Both the position numbers and the translations under genes were made by a program. Source: Octopus bimaculoides (taxonomy: Eukaryota). Taken from it: 64,000 nucleotides of DNA. The notes beneath the pieces were generated by a model. It saw only the letters and a program-made list of their open reading frames with translations, searched no databases and was not told the origin of the DNA. The stretch is taken from NCBI RefSeq assembly GCF_001194135.2, contig NC_068986.1, positions 70,547,288 to 70,611,287 on the forward strand, given 5' to 3'. Below are positions 53,960 to 64,000 of the stretch, in pieces (position 1 is the first letter of the stretch; each line of letters begins with the position of its first letter).

Positions 53960-54730
53960 TTATGTCTCCTCACAGACGTGTATATTCTAACAAGTTGCTT
54001 CTTAAAGGTATTACATGGTCAATACTCTACAAGCGCCAGTGATCCTGATCTTGATAAAAATATGATCTGTCAGTGGTTGGCTGTATCTAGACTTAAAATC
54101 AAAAACAGAGGGCTTCATTATAGCAGCTCAGAATCAGTGTTAGCCCACTAGAAATTACCAAGCCAACATTCTTAAAAATAGTGCTGCTTATACTTGCTGC
54201 TTTTGCAGTGCAACCGGAGAAACAATTGACTACCTCATCTCTGGATGCTCTATGTTAGCCTCAAATGTGTATACTAATTGCTATGATAGACTTGGTCAAT
54301 ATTTGCACAGAACTACATGCCATTAGTTTGGATTGCCATATGGGAGAAACTGGTGGAAACACAAGCCTGGCAAAGTAATAGAAAATAAGGACATCACCAT
54401 TCTTTGGGACTTTAGTATTCAAACTGATCAAGCTATTTAGGTCTATAGATCAGATAATATATTGAAAAATCATGTTTTCTCATAGATATGTCAATCCCAT
54501 CAGATTGCAACATTTGGAAAATTAAGTAAATACAAGGACCTTGAAATAAAGATCACAAAAATGTGGCATCTAAGAACAACAACTGTAACTGATCACTGGA
54601 ACTTTGGGGATAATACCAAATGGTGCTTTTAAATACTGAGGTCAAATATCGGGAAACACTAAAGTGTCAGAACTATAAAAAATTGTTCTTTAGGGTGGAG
54701 CCCACATTCTAAGAGAAACACTGTTGACCT
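53960..54730 (+). mobile_element. R4/Dong-like retrotransposon, CCHC + restriction-like endonuclease fragment
   Basis: LHGQY, TEGFIIAAQNQ, CCFC..TGETIDYLISGC, ITILWDFSIQTD, KYKDLEI; stops and frameshifts. Confidence 0.8.
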
Positions 54731-54999
54731 GAGAATATCTGAATCTTTCCAAATCTTTCAAAGTCAGAAATTTTACTACAAACTTTTAATGAAATCTCAA
54801 TTCTCCTTATTTGGTTTCCTTTTCCTGCAATATTTCATTTCTACTCATAAATAACACCCACAGTAAAACATTCAACTTACTGTTACTTGAGATCTCTTAC
54901 TGAGATTTGGAATAGCTCATATAAAACAAAGCAATAACAACAATAGAAACATAATAATAATGATGATGATGATAATAATAATAATAATAATCCTTTCTA

Positions 55000-57145
55000 A
55001 TAATAATAAAAATCCTTTCAGGCACAATGCCTGAAATTTTTGTGAGTAGGGTTAGTCAACTACATCGACCCCAGTGTTTGGTACGTATTTTATCAACCCT
55101 GAAAGGATGAAAGGCAAAGTCAACCTTGACAGTATTTGAACTCAGAATGTAAAATCAGAAGAAATGCCACTAAGTATTTTGTCCACCATGCTAACTGTTT
55201 TGCCAGCTCAGTGCTTTAATAATGATGGATACTCTCATCAAAAACGACATATCAGTGTTCAGCTTTTGCTGAACAATCTGCACAAATGATTTGTTTATAA
55301 TGATCAAAAGCTGTACATTAGCTCACTTCCTCTACCAAATCGACATTGCCTGAACAAGAGCACAGTGCACCACACATCAGGTGTCAAAGTGATTGCAGAG
55401 AAACATAAGTTGAAGTGATTTGCTCAAGAACACAGTGCACCACCTGGTCTAGGAATTGAAACCATCATCATGAGCACAACAACCAAAGCCATGTGCCCTC
55501 ACTAATAATAATAATGATAATAATAATGATAATAATAATAATGATAATAATANNNNNNNNNNAATAATAATAATAATAATGATAATAACAATAATAATAA
55601 TAATAATAATAAGGAAAAAAATGAAGGAAAAAAATGCTTTCTAATTGATGTATCAATACCAGCAGATGACAAAGTTTCCCTAAAAGAAATGGAGAAACTT
55701 TCAAAATACAAAGACCTGGAAATAGATAACTCGAATGTGGAATCTAAAAACAGAAACAATTCCTCTCATAGTAGGTGCCTTAGGTATAATAAAAAAATAT
55801 TCAGACAAATACATAACAAAAACACCAGGACTTACAAATATATATAATATACAGAAAATTGCACTACTGGGCACTGCACACATCCTACGCAAAACACTTT
55901 CAATACAGTAACCATAAGAGCATCACAGCAAAACACAGCACATACCCAAGGCACACAGAGCTGCGCTCGGTAGTGAAGTGAAAGCACGTTATAAAAATAA
56001 AACTACTGAACAATAATAATAATAATAATAATAATAATGATAATAATCCTTTCTTACTTTGGCATAAGGCCAGCAGAGTTGAGGGATGGGGAAGTTGATT
56101 ATATCGACCCCAGTGCCCAGCTGATATGCATTTTATCAGCCCTGAAATGATGAAAGGTAAAATCAACCTCAGCAGAATTTTAACTCAGATCATGAAGTGA
56201 GGCAAAATGCTACTAAGTATTTTGTTCAGCATGCTAGTGATTCTACCCACTCCCTGCTTTAATAATAATAATAATAGTTTTAGTTATTTGCCACCAAGGT
56301 GGATGAGGAGGAACAATATAAAGACAGACACAAAGTGTGGGGACTTACATATAATGAAATGATAAAATAATTTTTTTAAAAAGGGGTAAGTATCCATGGT
56401 ACACAATGAAAAGGAAGGGAAATATGCATAGTATACAAAGTTTAAAAAAAGCTGAGTACGCAATGATAGGGATGTAGCCCTCCTGATACAGAATGACCTC
56501 TAGGGATAATCGAAGAACCCCACTGATAATAATAATCATTTAGGCACAAGGCCAACAATTTTTGAGTGAGGAGGTTAGTAGATTGCATTGACCCCTGTAC
56601 TTGACTGGTACTTTATTTTATCAATCTTTGAGTGATAAAAATCAAAATTGATCTCAGTATGATTTGAACTCAGAACATAAAATAATAATAGTTAAGAAAA
56701 AAATCAAAAGCATTTTTGAGTTGGCTGAAAACAAGTTGATGAACCAAGCATGCAGGATCCAAAGAAGTGGTTTGGCTATACCAGTAAAAACAGAGGTTAG
56801 AGACAATTAGTGAGGTGACAGTGTTGGATAAACTTATATTCTCAGAAAAGTATTTTCTGTTTAAAGCACTTTAGTGTGCACAAAAAAACAACAAAAGCCA
56901 GTATTTTATATCCTTACTGTGCAATGAAATATTGGTTCTAAATTTTGGCACAAGGCCAGCAACTTCAGGGGAGGAGGTAAGTTGATTACATTGACCACAG
57001 TGTTCAACTGGTACTTATTTTATCGACCCTGAAAGGATGAAAGGTAAAGTTGACCTCAGCAGAATTTGAACACAGAATGTAAAATTGGATGAAATGTCAC
57101 TAAGCATTTTGCCCAGTGTGCTTACAACTCTGCCAGCTCACCACT
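55000..57145 (-). mobile_element. Cluster of four family B SINEs (55000-55215, 56045-56260, 56530-56690, 56930-57145) plus one tRNA-headed SINE (55250-55500)
   Basis: Repeated ggcacaaggcc...gaccc..gtg...aaggatgaaagg...gaatttgaactcagaa, most preceded on + by (TAA)n tails. Confidence 0.8.
55612..56011 (+). mobile_element. Well-preserved R4/Dong-like 3' fragment inside a (TAA)n array
   Basis: KKCFLIDVSIPADD...EKLSKYKDLEI...IVGALG...IQKIALLGTAHILRKTLSIQ*, flanked by (TAA)n at 55502-55611 and 56012-56046. Confidence 0.85.
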
Positions 57146-57245
57146 TTACTATGCAATGAAATATTACTGATAATAATATTGTTGATATTTTCATCTTATT
57201 AAAAAGACTGTAAGAATCAAGTTCTGTTCACTTATCTTGTTACAG

Positions 57246-57306
57246 AATGTCCTGATTGTTGAAATGGGAAGTATGTCAGTTAGAGCTGGCATTTTGAAAG
57301 AAAATG
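57246..57306 (+). CDS. Coding exon E: actin-family phosphate-1 motif (NVLIVEMGSMSVRAGILKEN)
   Basis: ttacag acceptor, gtaagt donor, 20 codons + 1 nt; aligns to actin ALVVDNGSGMCKAGF and ACTL6-type VFDIGSYTVRAGY. Confidence 0.85.
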
Positions 57307-58009
57307 GTAAGTACTCTTTTCCAAACATATTACCACTAATTTCCCTACTTTGTGAGGCTTATTTTTTTTTCTATAGCTATCCTCTTCCATAACTCTTTGT
57401 CCTTACTTCCCACTTCACATACATTTTTATTTAACATGGTTTCTTTTGTCATAGTCAAGGTAACCTACTCTGGAGGGTAGCTATTGCAAAGAAAATAATC
57501 TTAAAAAGCTTTAATTCTTTAGGTCTTATCAATGATAAGCTAGATATACAAGTACAACTCTAACTCAAATATATTTTTTGCTATTCATTTGTTCTTTTTT
57601 CTCTTTATCTTATATTTCTTTCACCACAATAATACCTCTGTATAACCATTTGTATTGTTTTAGTGGTAACATCAAGCTTAGTTTCACAAAAAGTAATTTG
57701 CCTAAAACAGCAACTATTCTGATATAAAACTGATATAAGATAGTCATGAACTTTTGTCTTGTTAGACTATTTTCAAGTGCAAGTGCCTCAGTATATAACC
57801 ATAAGTGAATAATAGACGTCTGTGCGAATATATAGGTACACACACTCATACACGGATATTTTCATTATGTACAACAGAAGCAGTATTAGTTTAAAATAGC
57901 AATCTGTATATCCTATTCAAAGCAGATTTAATACTGTATGTCTCAGGACAAATACTAAAGTTAATTAGGCTTTTCATGGTGTGTCTACTTTTAATATGAT
58001 ACTCAGATT

Positions 58010-58312
58010 GCACATGGCTTAGCGGTGAGAGTATTCGGCTTATGGCTATAAGGTCATGAGTTCAATTCCCAGCACACATTGTGCCCTTGAGCAAGACACT
58101 TTATTTCACGTTGCTTCAATCACTCAGCTGGCAAAGATGTATTTCAAAGGACCAATCTTTTCACATTTTGTTTCACACTAAATCTCCAAGAACTACGTTA
58201 AGGGTACACATGTCTGTGGAGTGCTCAGCCACTTGCATGTTAATTTCACAAGCAAACTGCTCCATTGATCAGATGAACTGGAACCCTTGTCATCATAACT
58301 GACAAAGTGCCA
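58010..58312 (+). mobile_element. tRNA-headed SINE
   Basis: tggcttagcggtgagag...gagttcaattccc...ttgagcaagacactttatttcacgttgct; 3' half is the inverse of 7882-8060. Confidence 0.8.
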
Positions 58313-58318
58313 TGTATG

Positions 58319-58374
<56 letters not shown>

Positions 58375-58844
58375 CACACATAATTAGCATCATTTGAAAG
58401 CTGCTAAAATGATGTATAATGCATTTTGACCAAGATGTATAACAACATCCAATAGTTTCATTGATCATGAGATCACATCATATAAATGTAGCATGTGTCT
58501 TCTACTATAGCCCCAAGCCAACTAATGCCTTGTGAGTGAATTTGATATACAGAAATTGTAGAAAACTTACAATATATATGTGTGTGTGCATGCACATGTG
58601 TGCACACATGTGCATAAATGTTAATATTCCACACTTGACACCATATGAGAAAAACAGTTATGATGACAATTTCTGTTGACATTGTGATTGGTCACTCTGC
58701 ACTTTCTGAATAAAAAATAAGAAGTGGCAATGGGAGGAAAACCTGGCCATAAAGTCCTACCTCAAAAGATTTCCCATCCAACCTATATTGGCATGGAAAA
58801 ACAAATGTTAAACAAACAAATTAATATAAGTTAAAGCCATCTGA

Positions 58845-59095
58845 ATGCTAGTGACACTTGAAGAGGAGAGGGGACGTGTTGCAAGATTCACAGACAGCAG
58901 GTGGACCCGTACAGCTGCTGAATGGTATCCAAGAAATTGGAAAAGGCCACTTGGAAGGCCTCCACAACAATGGGAAGACGATTTAGTCAAGCAATTTGGA
59001 TCAAGCTGGAAAAGAATGGCACAATCAAGACAATATTGGAAGTGCATTGTGACCAATGGTTTATCACAGCATCTGATGGTCTGATCAATACTGTG
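58845..59095 (+). mobile_element. RTE-1-type LINE 3' end
   Basis: GRVARFTDSRWTRTAAEWYPRNWKRPLGRPPQQWEDDL. Confidence 0.85.
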
Positions 59096-59678
59096 ATATA
59101 TATATATATCCAGCTTATTCTGCTGTAAAACACCGTCCAAACTGAACAATAAAAAATGATGTGATAATTTTCTGTTTTGATTATAATCAACAAAATTGAA
59201 TTGATTTTTGATATTTTTCAGATTATCATTTTATTCATATGATTTGGATAGTACCTCCAGTCTGGTAGTGAATCACTGTTAGATGCCTCCTCTTCTAATT
59301 TCAATTAATCATTCATAAATTAGATTTATTAATCTATAAGCTGACATATAGATCAATTATGCAGTTTCCAATTCAGAAAAACCTATCTCTTCTTAAATGA
59401 ATATCCGAGGAACTTAATTTCCCTAAGGCCTAATTATTACTAAATTCATATAATATGATTTGGAACTTCTGTATTTTTGTTTAATGATGTTTATGTACCA
59501 TAAGCTTGAGCAGGTTTTTAAATTGTTGCAATTCCTGATATTCTTTCAGCCAATTAAGTGATACTCTTTTACTTGTTAGTTTCTTTATATGCTCAGACTT
59601 TATGCAGTTTTTTTTCCCCCTCAATATTCACAGACAAACATTTCCAAAGCTTCATTGACTCTCCGCTTTCTGTTACAG

Positions 59679-59827
59679 TCACTTTGCCTCAGATCTTCTT
59701 CCCTAGTGTTGTTGCAGTAAACCATTCTGAAAAGAAACATTTTGTTGGATTTGAAGCTTATAAACCCAAGAATCGTCTTTCTTCAAAGATCATACATTTA
59801 TTTGGACTTTCGGACAAAGTAAATAAG
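59679..59827 (+). CDS. Coding exon F: actin-fold subdomain 1/2 (VTLPQIFFPSVVAVNHSEKKHFVGFEAYKPKNRLSSKIIHLFGLSDKVNK)
   Basis: ttacag acceptor, gtaaga donor; phase matches exon E (G+TC=Val); P..FPSVV...FVG.EA aligns to actin PRAVFPSIV...YVGDEA; overlaps ORF 59558..59845. Confidence 0.85.
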
Positions 59828-60130
59828 GTAAGATATTCACTGTAATACCTTTTATTGCCAACATTCAATTGAGGAGGATGTGGAATGAAACAGTGGATGC
59901 TCACATTTTAAGGAAAGCATTTTTTTATAAACAACCTGGTGCACATGCACACACACACACACATGTTTACATGTGAGCTTTTCTCACATGTATACATGCC
60001 TTAACACAGGTAAATATAAGAAAGCCATTTTCATTTTGTGTGTGAGCTGCATAGCGTGTATGTAAAGCCTTACCTTAAATTTCAAGGATATATTTTTCCA
60101 GTGCATAAGCACAAATTCTGTTTGTATATA

Positions 60131-60175
<45 letters not shown>

Positions 60176-60178
<3 letters not shown>

Positions 60179-61210
60179 TCATCATCATCATCATCATCAT
60201 CTTCATCATCGTTTAATGTCTGCTTTCCATGGGTTGGCCGATTTGACAGGAGTAGGCCAACTGGAGAGCTGTCCAGACTCCAATTGTCTGTTTTGGCATG
60301 GTTTTTGTGGCTGGATGCCCTTCCTAATGCTATTATATATATATATATAATATATATATATATCATCATTGTTTAACATCATCTTTCCATGTTGGCATGA
60401 GTTGGATGGTTTGACAGGAATTAGCCAGGCAGAAGCCTGCATCATACTTCTGTGTGTTTTGGCACAGTTTTTACAGCTGGATGCCCTTCCTGACACCAAC
60501 CACCCCACAGAGTGGGATGAGTGCTTTTTATGTGGCACTAGCACAGATAAGGTCAGTTTTGACATGGTGTTTACAGCTGGATGCCCTTCGAAATGCTAAC
60601 CACTTTACAGTGTGGACTGGATTCTTTTTAAGTGGCACCAGCACTGGCAGGGTCACCAAGTAAGTTTGCAAGACAAGGAATCTTTGAGAGAAGAGGGACT
60701 ATTGGAGGAGGTGATCTTGTGTCAGATGATGAATGGTTAGAGTGTGGCAGAAAGACAGAAATAGGTATCTAGGTGTAGCGGAGGTACATGGTTACCCAGC
60801 CAGAGAAAGAGAAAGAGGGATTAGAACAGGTGTGCTGCTGTAAAGGAGATAGATGGTTACCTAGCCGGAGGGAAGACCAAGAGAAGGAGGGAGAGAGAGT
60901 GACCAAGAATGAAGGCAATGACATTATATATGTGTGTGTGTGTGTGTATGTGTGCTCACACACAAATGCACATGCACATATATCATCAATTAACAACTAC
61001 TTTTCCATACTTGCATGGGTCAGGTGAATTTATTGAGGCAGATTTTCTTTGGCCAGATGCCCTTCCTGTCACCAACTCTGACCTGTTTCTAAGCAACGTT
61101 GTATTTTCCCATAGATAGACATGTTTTTCATAAAAGGTTGGAAATGAACAATCTCATTTGTATGACGATCATGATGCTCATTTACAACCATCACAAGATG
61201 TCTACACAAC
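60176..61210 (-). mobile_element. Stack of RTE-tail/SINE-like fragments
   Basis: Three (CAT)n-initiated or related copies at ~60176, ~60362, ~60985. Confidence 0.7.
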
Positions 61211-61294
61211 GGTATACACAAACATTCTCACATATACAGCTATACATACATTAATATATGTATACACTCATACACACATATATATATATATATC

Positions 61295-62049
61295 TCATCG
61301 TCATCACTTAAGGTCTGTTTTCTATACTGGCATGGGTTGGATGGTTCAACCGGAACTTGTAAGGCCAGGGGCCGGACCAGGCTCCATTGTTTGTTCTGAC
61401 ACGGTTTCTATAGCTGGATGCCCTTCTTAATGCCAACCACTCCACAGAGTGCACTGGGTGCTTTTAACATGGCACCAGCACCAGTGCTTTTTATGTGGTA
61501 CCAGCACCAGTATCAATTCTGCTGTAACAGAAGGGTCTTCTTGAGTACAGCAATGCACCAGGTATCTCAGTCCAAAGTCATCTCCTTCATAAGGCTCAGT
61601 GTCTTGAGATCAGCCTTCAATACTTCATCCCATGTCTTCTTAGGTCTCCTTTTCTGCAAGTTCCATCCATTTTAAATGATCAGCACTTCATGGATAAACA
61701 GATGAGGAATATAATATTTATAATATGTGAGTCATATTTTCCTCATCTTGAATTTTTATGGCTGCAAAACAGTAAATTTTAAAATCATTATATAGTGACG
61801 TTCTAAGTCAAGTGTCAAAAGCCAACTAGCTTTGAAAAATAATAGTTTCTAACATGGGCACAATTTTGTAAATTTGTATGAGTGTTCAGGGGTGCTGGGG
61901 AAATTCATTGATTAGATTGACCCTAGTACTTGATTGAAATGGATGAAAGAGCAAGAATACTGTGCCAGAATTTAAATTCAGATTGTAAGGAGTCAGAACA
62001 AATACCACAAGGCACTTTGTTCAGTTCTCCAGTGATTCAAGGCAGTCTG
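61295..62049. repeat. Composite block copy 2
   Basis: Colinear with 44436-45235. Confidence 0.85.
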
Positions 62050-62149
62050 TATGCAACTGTCTACATTCATATACAAAATTCTCCTTGTAAATTAAACAAT
62101 ACATGAAGGCAAATCTCCCATCATGGCCTCAACAATGCAATGGTTTTTA

Positions 62150-62335
62150 TTCTTTTGTTCTTTTACTTATTTTTTTAAGCCTAGTACTTATTCTATTGGT
62201 CTCTTTTGCCGAAATACTAAGTTACAGGGACATAAACACACCAACACCGGTTGTCAAGTGGGGGAACAAACACAAAGACACACACGTAGATATATACATA
62301 CAGCAGGCTTCTTGGTGGCTTGATGGGGGACAAAT

Positions 62336-62372
<37 letters not shown>

Positions 62373-62500
62373 NNNNNNNNNNAGGCTTTGGTCAGCTTGA
62401 GGCTATAGTAGAAGACACTTGCTCAAGGTGCCTTGCAGCAGGACTGAACCTGGAACCATGTAGTTGGGAAGCAAGCTTCTTACCACACAGCCATGCCTAC
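62150..62500 (-). mobile_element. SINE family C
   Basis: Matches 31948-32347 with an expanded internal (CA)n and small gap. Confidence 0.8.
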
Positions 62501-62869
62501 ACCTGCAAAGTATTATCCTTTATATTTGCAGAAGTAACATTAACCAAAAACAAAATCATTTAATCTAGTTACTCCACTGATCAACTTGTGATTTCAAATG
62601 CAATCAACACTAACCAATGCACTCCCTCTTCTGTGCTACAGTGATATTGACACTGCTCTAAGTTATACAAGACTATTTTTTAACTATAAATTAGTAGAGA
62701 AAGGCAGCGCCCATGATCTATTACAGGACCTCTGAGACAGGTGAGAAGAAAGTATCCTCAAACCACTGACCTGGCCTGATTGTGTGCAACAGAGTGAATT
62801 CTGCTAAAGGAATGCCAGTTGCCAGGTACAAGTGTTAAACTGGGTTACAGATTAAATTTACTACCCACG

Positions 62870-63050
62870 TAGGATCTGGTGAGATTTGAACTCAGAATGC
62901 AAAAAACCAAAACAAATATTTCATCTGATGCTCTAACATTTCCACTAGCCTCCCTCCCTATGCTAGTACTAGTATGAAAGGCAATGTTGACCTCAGTAGG
63001 ATTTGAACTCAAAACACCAAGTGCTGGAATAAATACCACAATGCGTTTCA
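62870..63050 (-). mobile_element. Degenerate family B SINE pieces
   Basis: gatttgaactcagaatgc and gaaaggcaatgttgacctcagtaggatttgaactc. Confidence 0.55.
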
Positions 63051-63300
63051 TCCCATATCACAACACACACATGCACACATGTATGTTTGTGTGTGTGTAT
63101 GTGTGTGTGCATTTATCTAGATATTAGTCAGTAACTATCACTTGTAAAGCAGTCACACTCACAGTTGTGAATGTATATATGTATTATTGTTTCCAATCTT
63201 CCATGGAAACATGTCAGGTCATTGGGAAATATCACTTTGCTGGCTTGTTTCAGGGTTGATGACAAGAAGGGCACAGGTGCATAGCTTTGAACACTACTCA

Positions 63301-63485
63301 CCTCGCCCCTCACCCCTTCCTCCATTGATCTTTGTACTGAGTCTATGTCAGCATCACTTTAGTGTCTACTTTTCCATGCTTGCATGGGTCAGACAAAATT
63401 CATTGAGGTAGATTTTCTATGAGTGATGCTAACATAGACTCAGTACAAAGATCAATGGGTGGGGTGAGGTGAGATGAGGGGGAGG
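63301..63485. repeat. Near-perfect hairpin: 37-bp arms (36/37) around a 63-nt SINE/RTE-tail fragment
   Basis: 63322-63358 vs 63422-63458. Confidence 0.9.
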
Positions 63486-64000
63486 GTCAGTATTCAAAGC
63501 TATGCACCTCTGCATGCACATATGCTTTACAACTCGTACCTAAAAAATTAAATGCATGCAGATGAAATCTGATACATTTTATTGAAGAAATTTGAGCAAT
63601 GCTTGCTTAGATCTGATTGCTTGTATAGATGTGCATATATTTTACAAAGAAAGACAAAATTTCTATTCACAGCAAAAAAAATTGGAGGGAAAATTGCAGT
63701 GGTGGGGGAGATTTATATCCGGGGACGATGCTTATCAGAGAATAGTATTTTCAGAATAACCTTTTTCGTCTTTAACAGATGAGAAACAAAAATATAAGGG
63801 AAAAGAATGAGAGAAAATAATGGAAAATGTAATAGCGAAAGTAAGAGAGACAAACAAGTAGATAGACAAATAGATAAATAGACATGCATAGACACTGATA
63901 TATAAGAGGAAGAATTGCAGCTGGTGGCAAAACCTATGATAGTATGGGGAAAAAAACAACTATGTAAATTGATGACCATCAAGATAATACACTAGACACA

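Overview
AT-rich, repeat-dense animal genomic DNA with assembly gaps (N runs at about 4144-4840, 9994-10093, 49935-50034 and 50458-50670, plus two tiny ones). There is no prokaryotic content. The repeat mix (RTE LINEs, several tRNA-headed SINE families, microsatellites) suggests an Octopus/coleoid cephalopod genome, but that is inference. The only host gene I can support is on the + strand. It has six phase-compatible AG/GT-bounded coding exons (30587-30705, 41878-42021, 43462-43554, 50835-50975, 57246-57306, 59679-59827) that splice into 235 uninterrupted codons. These encode a complete PH domain directly fused to the start of a divergent actin-fold (ARP-like) domain. Neither its first nor its last exon was found. 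The rest is TE debris: RTE, CR1/Jockey-like, R4/Dong-like and possible Penelope fragments, mariner and maT transposase pseudogenes, MITEs, a Helentron/HINE-like element and many SINEs. There is also a high number of long inverted repeats/hairpins and a roughly 800-bp composite block duplicated 17 kb apart. Repeat boundaries and identities were judged by eye and are approximate.
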